From: a virus
Direction: 5' to 3' (one strand)
Virus record (IMG/VR): IMGVR_UViG_3300045988_098821
Length of the DNA: 62,074 nucleotides
Each line of letters starts with the position of its first letter. Position 1 is the stretch's first letter. The notes under the pieces are model-generated. The model saw nothing but the letters and a program-made list of their open reading frames with translations. It had not been told where the DNA came from and ran no database searches. Below are positions 51,547-60,313 of this stretch, piece after piece. A program made the translations under genes and the position numbers.

Positions 51547-51759
51547 TTACTCTTCCGTCTTGGAAAGAATCTCCAAGATTTGATTTTGATTGGAAATTAT
51601 CTTCTCGAGATACTCCCTGTCCTGTCTCTGCAAGGCTCTTAGCAAGTCATCATTAGACGTTTGCTTCTGATCTTGGTCGTATCCAATCATCTGCAAGATA
51701 ACGGAAAAGACGTTCAACATATCAAGAAAAGAGTAGTTTCCGTTTTGATTGTTGGTCAT
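51547..51759 (-). CDS. Hypothetical protein (70 aa)
   Basis: ATG 51759 (MTNNQNGNYSFLDML...), TAATG overlap with the upstream gene. Confidence 0.5.
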   Translation of the reverse strand: MTNNQNGNYSFLDMLNVFSVILQMIGYDQDQKQTSNDDLLRALQRQDREYLEKIISNQNQILEILSKTEE

Positions 51760-52538
51760 TAACAACCACATCCATTACCGCATCCGTAATACACATTTGG
51801 GTTAGGCACCTGATATGCCGGAATTGGTGTCGGGTTTACAGCATTGATAATCTGATTTGTCTGAGCTGTCATTGCAGTAGTCAGAAGAGCATTCTGTCTA
51901 TCCTGTGAAGCTGCAAGTCTCAGATCGTTGTTCTCAGCCTGTAATGTAGCGATCTTATCCTGGCAGAGGTAATCAAGGATTGCTCTTGTTCCAGCGTTCT
52001 GACTCTCAATGATATCACGAGTGTTCGTGTTCATTGTGTTCTGCAAAGCGCATGTATCCTGTGCCATGTCAAATCTTACCTGAGAAATAGCTTCTCTGTT
52101 CTGGCAGCAACAATCGGCAAGCTGTGCCTGTAATGCATTCTGACCCTGCATCAGAGCAACATTTGTTGTGTTGAATCCCTGCTGTGTCTGGTATCCAAGA
52201 TTGCAGATTGCGTTGTCAATTCCGTGGAATCCATTCATCAGAGCTGTATTCTGAGCGTAAAAGCCATCACACAATCCATTGTTGATTCCGTCCAGTTTTC
52301 CAACAATGTTCTGAGTATCGAATCCCCTCTGAATGTCAGCCTGTGTAGCTACTGTTGCTGCATAACCGCCACCATTTCCGAATCCGTTACCAAATCCATT
52401 GTTTCCCCAGCCAAAAAGCAGTGCGAATACGACGATGATCCATAACCATCCCCCGTCTCCCCAACCAGCTCCATCAGCGTAACCGCCTGTTGCTGGCATG
52501 ACTGGCATTGTAAAAGGTGTGTTAGTTGAGTTAAACAT
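51759..52538 (-). CDS. Membrane-anchored G/N/Q-rich protein with Cys-rich C-terminus
   Basis: 259 aa; TM WLWIIVVFALLFGW, GNNGFGNGFGNGGG, CCC motif, ends YYGCGNGCGC. Confidence 0.55.
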   Translation of the reverse strand: MFNSTNTPFTMPVMPATGGYADGAGWGDGGWLWIIVVFALLFGWGNNGFGNGFGNGGGYAATVATQADIQRGFDTQNIVGKLDGINNGLCDGFYAQNTALMNGFHGIDNAICNLGYQTQQGFNTTNVALMQGQNALQAQLADCCCQNREAISQVRFDMAQDTCALQNTMNTNTRDIIESQNAGTRAILDYLCQDKIATLQAENNDLRLAASQDRQNALLTTAMTAQTNQIINAVNPTPIPAYQVPNPNVYYGCGNGCGC

Positions 52539-52605
52539 ATTAGTTCCTCCTTAATTTTATTCATAAAGAGGTTTCTCGAGTTTCTGTGCACAAACCTCTA
52601 ATATG

Positions 52606-52824
52606 CTATAATCCAAACTTACTTCTTATTTGATTCATAAGTTCATCAACATTTGTTCCTTGTTCTTTCCCAAGGTTCCTTGCCAACTGCTCTATTCCTT
52701 TCATGTCTCCTTTTTGAGCCATATCAAGAGCATTCTTGGCCATGGGGTTATTCATTACTTGATTATTCCCCATCATCTGTTTTAAAAACTGCTGAGGATT
52801 TCCGAAAAGGTTAATTGGGTTCAT
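52606..52824 (-). CDS. Hypothetical protein (72 aa), M/N/Q-rich
   Basis: ORF track. Confidence 0.5.
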   Translation of the reverse strand: MNPINLFGNPQQFLKQMMGNNQVMNNPMAKNALDMAQKGDMKGIEQLARNLGKEQGTNVDELMNQIRSKFGL

Positions 52825-53327
52825 TCTCCGTCACCATCCTTTTTGACTGTAGACCGTGTTTTCGGTTTGCTGTTGCTCATAGAGTTTTCCAGTTCATCAA
52901 GTTTCCGTCCAAGCTCGTCAAATCTCTTCATAAACGCTTCTGTCGCATCGTCAGATAGCCCTATTTTCATTTCTGATTGAGTAGACGGTAAATTGTCTGT
53001 CTGCTGATTTTGAACAGGCTTAAAGACTATTGTCTGAATTGTTCCGTTGGCAGTCCATGACTTCAAATAGATTTCTGACAAATCATTTTTTGGAAACAGC
53101 GCATAAGGAGCGTTCATTGGAACGTCACTTGCCTGTATCGTCTCTTGACCGTCAACAATGTGACCAATCAGTTGCGGTTGCTGAATCTGTTGAGGGACCT
53201 GTTGCATCTGGTTGTAAACAGGTTGCTGTTGAGCCTGCATCTGTTGAACTGGTTGCTGATATGGAGTTCCGTACCTCTGCTGATTCTGTTGCAAGTACGG
53301 ATTTCCAAAATATGGATTCTCGTACAT
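52821..53327 (-). CDS. Gln-rich protein (168 aa)
   Basis: ATG 53327 after GGAGG; MYENPYFGNPYLQQNQQRYGTPYQQPVQQMQAQQQPVYNQMQQVPQQIQQPQ... Confidence 0.55.
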   Translation of the reverse strand: MYENPYFGNPYLQQNQQRYGTPYQQPVQQMQAQQQPVYNQMQQVPQQIQQPQLIGHIVDGQETIQASDVPMNAPYALFPKNDLSEIYLKSWTANGTIQTIVFKPVQNQQTDNLPSTQSEMKIGLSDDATEAFMKRFDELGRKLDELENSMSNSKPKTRSTVKKDGDGE

Positions 53328-53337
53328 GATAGACCTC

Positions 53338-53514
53338 CTATCTTTCACACACATCCTCAAGTATCTCTTCTCTTGAAGCGAACGGTTTATCAGTGTAGAA
53401 TCTTCTGTCAATCACATCTTCTACAACATGAACAACCGTTGACTGATATTCAAGTGGGATGCCATTGAGACGATCATCACTGAATATCTGAACAAGTATC
53501 GCATCTGAAAACAT
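53338..53514 (-). CDS. Small hypothetical protein (58 aa), first gene of the cargo operon
   Basis: Hand translation MFSDAILVQIFSDDRLNGIPLEYQSTVVHVVEDVIDRRFYTDKPFASREEILEDVCER; GGAGGCGG RBS. Confidence 0.5.
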   Translation of the reverse strand: MFSDAILVQIFSDDRLNGIPLEYQSTVVHVVEDVIDRRFYTDKPFASREEILEDVCER

Positions 53515-53622
53515 TTGACCGCCTCCTTATGGTTAAATTTTCGCATAAAAAATGAGAAGCAAGTTTTCACTTTCTTCTCATATTTATGTCATATAGTGGC
53601 TCTATTTTATTTACTATTTTGC

Positions 53623-53896
53623 GTACACACTTTTGCTGTGTACCGTACACACTTTTTACACACTTTTGCTGTGTAAATTCGTGTAAATACGTGTAATTTT
53701 ATGAAATTCAGTGTGTATGCCAAATTGCTTGAAACCCTTATAAACTCAGTGTTAGAACGGTGTTCCATACAGATCGTAAGGTGTCACCTGATATACATAA
53801 TAAGTTTATAAAGTTTAGTACAAAATGCTCCAAAAATCCTTTATTTTAAGGCTTTTTCATGTTGACAAGTGTGTAACTTACACACCATTTACACAC
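53623..53896. promoter_or_regulatory. attP-like region with two clusters of TACACAC arm-type repeats
   Basis: TACACAC at 53624, 53646, 53657. TTACACAC at 53878 and 53889, plus an inverted copy at 53869-53876. The clusters flank about 190 bp next to the integrase 3' end. Confidence 0.5.
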
Positions 53897-55108
53897 TTAT
53901 GAAATTTTTTGTTTAAAATCCACGATATTATTTGGCGTATTATCTACCAGTTTTTCAATATCATTAAAAGATTTTTCTTTCGTAACATGAGTGTATAAAT
54001 CAAGAGTCATTTTAACACTTGCATGACCTAAATATGATTGAACAACTTTAGGATCGATTTCGTGTTCAAAACATCGAGTGGCAAACGTATGCCTAAATGT
54101 ATGTCCACTAAAATTTTTGAACAAATCATTGTTAGGTCGCAACAAATTTATTTCTCTTATAACCGCATGTATAGCATCTGCATATATCACTGAATTTATC
54201 GGAGTATTGTACTTTGTAGTGAACAAAAAATCATTCTGTTCTTTTGGTCTCTTGCTTGATACTATCGCTTTTTGTTGAATCTGTCTTTCGAGATATATTT
54301 TACAAACGCTGTTTATCGGAACTTTCCTATAACTCTGCTTTGTTTTTGGTTCTTCTAGGTGAAAAGTCTTTCTGGTATCTGTAAGATACTTTTGGTACAC
54401 TAACGTTTTGTTTACATCGATGAACCCATTTTCAAAATCGATATCTGATTCTGTCAGCGCAAAAAGCTCTCCTGGTCTCATTCCAGTATTTACTGCAACA
54501 TTAAACATATTATCATAAAATGTATTTTTGCAATATTCAAAGAAAATGTTCTGTTCTTCAAGAGTAAGAGATTTAGCTTTAGATTCTTTCTTGTCTATAA
54601 CTTTTGCTCCTAAAACCGGGTTTTTTGAAATCAGATTATCTTCAAGAGCTCTAGCCATTAGATCTGATAATATGACTTTGATTTTATTTTGCCTTTCATA
54701 CCCATATCCATTTGTATGAGCCAATGTTATTATTCTTTGAATATCTGATTTAACCAAAGAATTTATGTTGCGATTTCCTATAAAAGGTGATATATTCTTA
54801 TTGTATATGTGAGTGTATTCTCTGAGAGTATTAGGGCGTACACTCTTTTCTTTATATATCTTTATCCATTGATTAAACCAATTATCCAATTTTACGGTTT
54901 CTCTTACACTTACAAATGTTTCATTTTCTGCAATTTTAACAGCAAGATCTTTTCTTAATTCAGATAACTTTTTTGAATATATTGTCTTGGAATTGCCAAA
55001 CCTATCTTTATATCTTCCTTGATAGGTCCCGTTTTTTCTTTGAGTTATCCCAACTCCTAGTTCTTTTCCTTTTAAATCCTTTCCCATTATTTTTTTTGCT
55101 CCTTCCAC
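53897..55108 (-). CDS. int: Tyrosine integrase (Tn916-type)
   Basis: 403 aa; catalytic GMRPGE (R), HTFRHT (HxxR), LDLYTH (Y); N-terminal GITQRKNGTYQGRYKDRFG arm-binding-like domain. Alternative ATG at 55087. Confidence 0.85.
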   Translation of the reverse strand: MEGAKKIMGKDLKGKELGVGITQRKNGTYQGRYKDRFGNSKTIYSKKLSELRKDLAVKIAENETFVSVRETVKLDNWFNQWIKIYKEKSVRPNTLREYTHIYNKNISPFIGNRNINSLVKSDIQRIITLAHTNGYGYERQNKIKVILSDLMARALEDNLISKNPVLGAKVIDKKESKAKSLTLEEQNIFFEYCKNTFYDNMFNVAVNTGMRPGELFALTESDIDFENGFIDVNKTLVYQKYLTDTRKTFHLEEPKTKQSYRKVPINSVCKIYLERQIQQKAIVSSKRPKEQNDFLFTTKYNTPINSVIYADAIHAVIREINLLRPNNDLFKNFSGHTFRHTFATRCFEHEIDPKVVQSYLGHASVKMTLDLYTHVTKEKSFNDIEKLVDNTPNNIVDFKQKIS

Positions 55109-55165
55109 TTACAAAAGAGCCACTATACAGCTACATATTACTATATAAAGGCTCATATTTCAATG

Positions 55166-55570
55166 TTAGACTTCAATTGTTTTTTCAATATACTTCTCAA
55201 ATTCTTTTCTTTTAACTAATCTTTTACCTTTTCCAACGCAAAAAAGGAACGGGCATCCTGGTTCGTTCAGCATGGAACTTATCTTGTTAACACCAATGTT
55301 GCTATACTGCGAAGCTTCTTCCACTGTAAGCATTACCTTTTCCCATACAGGAATACTATTATCTTTCAATTTTACTACCTCCATCACTTTGGACATTATA
55401 CTTTTCACTCGTCTGTTTACAGTTGATTCTGAAACAGAAAGTTTTTCCGAAATTTCAATTATGCTTTTTCCTTTTGATAACATAATAAAAATCCTCAATT
55501 CTTCATCGGTAAAGTTACACTCTTTTATGTAATAATTTATCTCGCTTTTTACACATTTACATAACTTCAT
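55166..55570 (-). CDS. Fusion of sigma-70 region-4-like HTH and excisionase-type HTH
   Basis: ATG 55570; ELRIFIMLSKGKSIIEISEKLSVSESTVNRRVKSIM, then MLTVEEASQYSNIGVNKISSML; immediately upstream of int. Confidence 0.55.
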   Translation of the reverse strand: MKLCKCVKSEINYYIKECNFTDEELRIFIMLSKGKSIIEISEKLSVSESTVNRRVKSIMSKVMEVVKLKDNSIPVWEKVMLTVEEASQYSNIGVNKISSMLNEPGCPFLFCVGKGKRLVKRKEFEKYIEKTIEV

Positions 55571-55642
55571 ACGCGATCCTTCTTTCAAGGGAGTGGCTTA
55601 AACCACTATGTTCCGGCTCAAGTCCACTCCCATACGTTCTAT

Positions 55643-55831
55643 TCACTCATGTGGCAACTCGCTTAAATACTCGCCTTGTGTCCTTATCAGGTTCCTTGCT
55701 TGATATGCCGGACGGTTAAACTCTTCGCTTGCTTTCTGATCTACTGGCATCTCGGCGAGTCCACCGTAATGGTCCTGCAAATTTGCTCTCACCTCTGCCT
55801 GGCATCTTCTTCTATCTGTGCTTCTCTTCAC
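55643..55831 (-). CDS. Hypothetical protein (62 aa)
   Basis: ORF track. Confidence 0.45.
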   Translation of the reverse strand: MKRSTDRRRCQAEVRANLQDHYGGLAEMPVDQKASEEFNRPAYQARNLIRTQGEYLSELPHE

Positions 55832-56091
55832 TGTTCATCACTCCAATCTAATTTCTGTCCACACCAACCGCAATATTGAATGCATTTTTCTATTACTTCT
55901 GCCGGGGTATCCGTTATCCCTCCGCACACTGGACATTTGCACTCCCACTCGTCACCAGTGAAATGTTCAACCGGTCTTTTGGGGATCTGTTTATTCATAG
56001 CAGCTACTGCCATCCTCTTCGCTTCAATGTTCTCCTCACTATTGGATGTATCCAACCCTTCAATGATTCTGATCGCATCTTCCATGCACAT
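55828..56091 (-). CDS. Zinc-ribbon hypothetical protein (87 aa)
   Basis: CKCPVCGG...CGWCGQKL. Confidence 0.5.
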   Translation of the reverse strand: MCMEDAIRIIEGLDTSNSEENIEAKRMAVAAMNKQIPKRPVEHFTGDEWECKCPVCGGITDTPAEVIEKCIQYCGWCGQKLDWSDEQ

Positions 56092-56515
56092 TCTCCTCTT
56101 CTAACAGTTCAGGATTGTCAAATATGTTGCCTGCAACTTCTGCATCAGCCAACTTGATCCAATATCCCAAGTCTTTTCTAAAATCATGTTTTTCGTCCCA
56201 GTCCACATAGAATCCGACATGGCTCGTTGATGTGCTATCAAAACAACTCTGATATTCTCCGAATTTTACCGGCGCATAAACTTCTCCAAAATGGTATTTA
56301 ATTATATCTCCTTCCCATATTTTCTTTCCGTTCTTGTCGGTTAATCCTGTATACTGGCAAATCGTATTTTCATCAACCAGGAATTCACCCTCAAGGCTTT
56401 TATCGTAAATATAATTCTCGTCACTAAGATAGCCATGCACCCATGTTCCATTTAGATGCTCATTACCCGGAATTGTATGAATATGTTTCGCTCTGAAAAG
56501 TATTTCTCTACTCAT
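56060..56515 (-). CDS. YopX-family protein
   Basis: MSREILFRAKHIH...WVHGYL...CQYTGLTDKNGKKIWEGDII is the YopX pattern. Confidence 0.7.
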   Translation of the reverse strand: MSREILFRAKHIHTIPGNEHLNGTWVHGYLSDENYIYDKSLEGEFLVDENTICQYTGLTDKNGKKIWEGDIIKYHFGEVYAPVKFGEYQSCFDSTSTSHVGFYVDWDEKHDFRKDLGYWIKLADAEVAGNIFDNPELLEEENVHGRCDQNH

Positions 56516-56975
56516 ACTCTTCCACCACCTCTAATTTCTTCAAATCTTCGATAAGCCACGGTTCATCATCCGACCTTTTGACCATCGGGAAGCCTGTGTC
56601 AAAGTAACGATTTACACTAACACAATTAGCTTTACGGCTACTCCAACCGCACAAGACCGAGGACTTTACTGGTTTATCGATATAAGCAAATAAATATCCT
56701 TCTTCGTCTCTTGCAATGTACTTATACTCTTCTTTGAGAAGCTCCAAAAACGCTCTATCTGCTTTGCTAACGACAGGTCTTTCAACATACTCCGATTCTG
56801 CCCATTTTTTTAATGCTCCACAACACGTGTAATCATTATATATGCCGCCTTTATACAACGCACAGCAATCACATTTGATAATATTGCAATTGATTGGATT
56901 TCCGGTAGCTTTAGATACTGCAATATCAGATTCATTACACGCAAGCTCTTTTGCAAATTTTTCTTTATTTTTCAT
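56508..56975 (-). CDS. Hypothetical protein (155 aa)
   Basis: ORF track. Confidence 0.55.
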   Translation of the reverse strand: MKNKEKFAKELACNESDIAVSKATGNPINCNIIKCDCCALYKGGIYNDYTCCGALKKWAESEYVERPVVSKADRAFLELLKEEYKYIARDEEGYLFAYIDKPVKSSVLCGWSSRKANCVSVNRYFDTGFPMVKRSDDEPWLIEDLKKLEVVEEYE

Positions 56976-57297
56976 CTACTCCACCTCGCTTAACAATTTC
57001 AATGGCTTTCGCCCAATTATCACAGGAACATTTATCAGAAAATGCATAAGCCGTTCCCTTTGATTCACTATATCTTCTAAGTGCTTCTGATTCTTCATGC
57101 TTTAATTCATTCAGAACTTTCTCCACATCAAACGCTGTCGGCTGGCTATCTACCAATTTGCAAAGTGCATTAGCTTTGTCCGGTGGATAATTGTTCAAGA
57201 TTGCCATTCCTACTATCTGTTTTTGAAATTCATCAGCATCAATTAGTCTGCTCATAATCATTCTCCTTTGTACGGCTTCGGTAATATCTTTTTGCAA
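56965..57297 (-). CDS. Hypothetical protein (110 aa)
   Basis: ORF track. Confidence 0.55.
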   Translation of the reverse strand: MQKDITEAVQRRMIMSRLIDADEFQKQIVGMAILNNYPPDKANALCKLVDSQPTAFDVEKVLNELKHEESEALRRYSESKGTAYAFSDKCSCDNWAKAIEIVKRGGVDEK

Positions 57298-57791
57298 TTC
57301 GATTGCTTGTTTTTGTATTGCTCACTCATTGGAATCCATCTGCAATTAGATGGCTCATAAATGCCATTAACATCTATACGATCAAGCGTAAGGTTATCAG
57401 AATATCCATTAGCTAAAGCCCATTGTATAAACATCTTTTTATCATTTCTCCATTCATCGCACACAACAATCCCGCGTTTGCCATAAGCATTATAGTGAAT
57501 ATCTTTTTCTCTATAGCACCTACTCATCATTGATTTGTAACATCCTAGCAACCTACTTCCAGTCATTCCGTGTGTAATATTATTTCTGCTCATTTCTTTT
57601 AAATGCTCCTTAGCTAAGCATCCGCACGAGTGATTTCCTTTTCTTGTCAAAACGTCCGTACTAGTTATACAGTCATTTCCGCAATCACAAAGGCATCTCC
57701 ACATTGCATAACGTCTATTTCCTATTCCAATAAATTCGATTGCTGTTAATTTTCCAAATTTTTTTCCTTTTAAATCCTTTATTTTTCCCAT
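57258..57791 (-). CDS. Cys-cluster DNA-binding/nuclease-like protein (177 aa)
   Basis: FGKLTAIEFIG..WRCLCDCGN...HSCGC and ...YGKRGIVVCDEWRND..LTLDRIDVNGIYEPSNCRWI, a recurring phage family. Confidence 0.45.
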   Translation of the reverse strand: MGKIKDLKGKKFGKLTAIEFIGIGNRRYAMWRCLCDCGNDCITSTDVLTRKGNHSCGCLAKEHLKEMSRNNITHGMTGSRLLGCYKSMMSRCYREKDIHYNAYGKRGIVVCDEWRNDKKMFIQWALANGYSDNLTLDRIDVNGIYEPSNCRWIPMSEQYKNKQSNCKKILPKPYKGE

Positions 57792-58139
57792 TTAAACATC
57801 ATCTTCTTTCATTGGCTCCGGCAATGGCATCCATGCAACACAAATTAAATAATCATCATCTGTCTCAGCAATGTATCTTCCATTTTCTTCTTTTACGCAA
57901 CCAACAATCATATAACCGGCACTGTCACAACAAAGAGCTTCTCCATCCGGCAACCTCTCGCTGCATGGAATCCACTTCTGACTTTGTAGAGCAATAGCAA
58001 TTTTCGCAAGTTCGATAGCATCAAGCCATTCTCCACATTTTTCTTTTTCCTCAAACTCCGCTAACTTCTCCATAGCTTCTGACAGCTTGTTCTTGTCTTT
58101 AATTACTGCTTTACCGCAGTGGTATGTTGTGTAACGCAT
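57792..58139 (-). CDS. DUF551-like protein (115 aa)
   Basis: KWIPCSERLPDGE...ICVAWMPLPEP. Confidence 0.5.
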   Translation of the reverse strand: MRYTTYHCGKAVIKDKNKLSEAMEKLAEFEEKEKCGEWLDAIELAKIAIALQSQKWIPCSERLPDGEALCCDSAGYMIVGCVKEENGRYIAETDDDYLICVAWMPLPEPMKEDDV

Positions 58140-58303
58140 TATCCGTCAACTCCTATCTCTTCTTGTAATTTCTTTCCGATTGAAAACAACAACACCATTT
58201 CCTTCGTTGTCAGCGGTCTCTTAAGTGTTCCGTCAAGTCGCAGTGCCTTGAATATCGTTATCAGTGCATCACCATCTGATTTGTATATGATTCCGTTTTT
58301 CAT
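58139..58303 (-). CDS. Small hypothetical protein (54 aa)
   Basis: Hand translation MKNGIIYKSDGDALITIFKALRLDGTLKRPLTTKEMVLLFSIGKKLQEEIGVDG. Confidence 0.45.
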   Translation of the reverse strand: MKNGIIYKSDGDALITIFKALRLDGTLKRPLTTKEMVLLFSIGKKLQEEIGVDG

Positions 58304-58400
58304 GTCACTCTTCCTCTCTGTAAGGCTTATGTAATTCCATCCACGCTATTACTCCGTCCACATCATCATCGTCCTCGTCAGTCCAATTCTCGCCATTCCA

Positions 58401-58721
58401 TTAAGCACTGAACGGCTTTGAAATATGTTTGCACTGTACGATATATCCTTCGTAATATCCTTGCTTTGGTCTCTTTGGAAATCCTTCGCTTACTGGAATC
58501 CACTTTCCATATTCTTCTTTTTTGTCTCCTGTCAACAAATACTCAGCACTCACACCAAGTACCTCTGCCATCTTGTAGAGAACCATCGTTCTAGGTTTTC
58601 TTGCATTGTTCACATATCTTGATATTGACACTTCTGATACACCGATTGTATCTGCAAGATCTTTCTGAGTCATATCCTTGGCTTTCAGTAGCTCAATCAA
58701 TCTGTATCCTAGTGTATTCAT
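58401..58721 (-). CDS. XRE HTH fused to a DUF551-like domain that is cut short by a TAA
   Basis: MNTLGYRLIELLKAKDMTQKDLADTIGVSEVSISRYVNN... then GKWIPVSEGFP...; the same frame stays open for 31 codons after the TAA (see findings). Confidence 0.6.
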   Translation of the reverse strand: MNTLGYRLIELLKAKDMTQKDLADTIGVSEVSISRYVNNARKPRTMVLYKMAEVLGVSAEYLLTGDKKEEYGKWIPVSEGFPKRPKQGYYEGYIVQCKHISKPFSA

Positions 58722-58996
58722 TCCCTCACCTCTTCCAGCAAGCCATTCACTACCAATTCACACTCGATCTCGGTTGCTGTCCGCTTGTCGCTGTATCTGC
58801 AATTTGGATTCTTGTGTATCCTTGCATCTTTGATCGGCCATTCAGTTTCAGTAAAATGCTTGCTGTCCACAAACATCACTCTGTGTCCGTTCTTCACGCA
58901 GAGATAGTAACTCTCTGCGCTTTTCGGAAGTCCTCGGCAAGGCTTGAATCCGAATCTCACAAACTCACTTGCCTTTACTACTGGTTTAAGTCTCAT
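58718..58996 (-). CDS. Hypothetical protein (92 aa)
   Basis: ORF track. Confidence 0.55.
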   Translation of the reverse strand: MRLKPVVKASEFVRFGFKPCRGLPKSAESYYLCVKNGHRVMFVDSKHFTETEWPIKDARIHKNPNCRYSDKRTATEIECELVVNGLLEEVRE

Positions 58997-59292
58997 TTTC
59001 GCTTTCCTCTCTCATACTTGTTACACACTTCCGGATTACAACCACGCTCGTTTCCAGTATGTATGATATAGTCGCAACCACTTCTTGCACCGGAAGCACG
59101 GTATTTGCAAGTTCTGCACAAATGCCTGTCTCCGTTGAAGCATTTCTTTTCCCTCTCAGCTTTCTTAAGCTTCCCACCGTATATTCCGACAGTTCCATAG
59201 CAGATTCCTGTCTCTTCCGAAATCTGCTTATATGTCTTTCCCTCTTTCATCATCTTTTTGATGATCGCTTTCTTTTCGCTTGGCTCTTTCAT
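58993..59292 (-). CDS. HTH + Cys-cluster regulator-like protein (99 aa)
   Basis: KEGKTYKQISEETGICYGTVG HTH, then CRTCKYR..CDYIIHTGNERGCNPEVC. Confidence 0.5.
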   Translation of the reverse strand: MKEPSEKKAIIKKMMKEGKTYKQISEETGICYGTVGIYGGKLKKAEREKKCFNGDRHLCRTCKYRASGARSGCDYIIHTGNERGCNPEVCNKYERGKRK

Positions 59293-59306
59293 TTCTTCCT
59301 CGCTCT

Positions 59307-59561
59307 CTAAATCTTATCATCTGTTGGAAACTGGAATACTTTTGGAGATTCAAACGGAAACATACCCGGACCATAAGTCTCGAAATCCAGATATTTTTTT
59401 CTGCACATTTCCATAGCCTTAATTGCTTTCTCTTCAGTGTGATATTTCCCGATCAGATATTGGTTTCCGTCATTTCTTGCAGTAACAAGCACTCCTTCCA
59501 CGCAGAGCATTATTCTATTATACGGCAAGTCTATTTGACTATTCTGACTAATGATTCTCAT
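59307..59561 (-). CDS. Hypothetical protein (84 aa)
   Basis: ATG 59561 (MRIISQNSQIDLPYN...) preferred. Confidence 0.5.
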   Translation of the reverse strand: MRIISQNSQIDLPYNRIMLCVEGVLVTARNDGNQYLIGKYHTEEKAIKAMEMCRKKYLDFETYGPGMFPFESPKVFQFPTDDKI

Positions 59562-59730
59562 AACTAACTCCACCTTTCGTATCCCATGCGCACATATCGC
59601 AATCCTCCGGACATACATTTGCTCTTATTGCTCTTTTGCACATCTCCATTTTCAATTTCCTATCATCCTCAATATCCTTGATGAATCCGAGCTTCCTCAG
59701 GATTTTATGAATCAGTGATTCTTTTCGCAC
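59548..59730 (-). CDS. Hypothetical protein (60 aa)
   Basis: ORF track. Confidence 0.45.
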   Translation of the reverse strand: MRKESLIHKILRKLGFIKDIEDDRKLKMEMCKRAIRANVCPEDCDMCAWDTKGGVSYENH

Positions 59731-60017
59731 TTTATTTCCCTCTTTCTTCTTGCAATGACCATGTACTTTCCGCTTTTCTGCAATTCACCATAAATTGAAT
59801 CACATATTGCTGATATCCCAATATTTCTCGACAGACTCTCAAAATAAATTGTATCCGTCTTTTCCCATGTCCTTGTTGGTGCGTGGTAAAACCTTCCGTC
59901 TGCTGTCTCTACCATCGTCTGTTCCTCACATGCTGTAGGTGTGTAGAATTTCACACATATACCTTGTACACCTGATTCATAACATCTGATTTTGCCACCA
60001 ATATCAAACCTTCTCAT
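59712..60017 (-). CDS. Hypothetical protein (101 aa)
   Basis: ORF track. Confidence 0.55.
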   Translation of the reverse strand: MRRFDIGGKIRCYESGVQGICVKFYTPTACEEQTMVETADGRFYHAPTRTWEKTDTIYFESLSRNIGISAICDSIYGELQKSGKYMVIARRKREIKCEKNH

Positions 60018-60273
60018 TTTTTCTTCCTCTGTGATACTTCACTTTATTGTTTTTGATTGCATCCCATACAATCCTTTTAAATTCTTCACCTGTAATCGCT
60101 ATTACTTTTCCATGTTCCAATCTTCTTTCTTCAACAAGATACACACTGCTGCTCACCTTGTCCAAATCAAGTATTGCGATATCTTCAGGATGCATAAACA
60201 AAATGTGTTTATTTGACAACTCTATTTTTATCCTGGCTTCTTCAAGCGCTCTTATAAAGTCTTTACCATTCAT
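60004..60273 (-). CDS. Hypothetical protein (89 aa)
   Basis: ORF track. Confidence 0.55.
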   Translation of the reverse strand: MNGKDFIRALEEARIKIELSNKHILFMHPEDIAILDLDKVSSSVYLVEERRLEHGKVIAITGEEFKRIVWDAIKNNKVKYHRGRKNEKV

Positions 60274-60313
60274 CTTTTCTTTCCTTTTCAGCCAACAGTT
60301 ATAACTGCTGGAT

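Noticed and set aside
41723-55588. Hypothesis that the int + FtsK-like + iteron + TerS-like region is a separate satellite or integrative element nested in the phage.
   Set aside because: I could not find flanking direct repeats or a second att-like site by eye. The integrase is co-transcribed with the phage early operon, and cassette A looks like the phage's own late promoter. This is left as unsupported rather than disproved.
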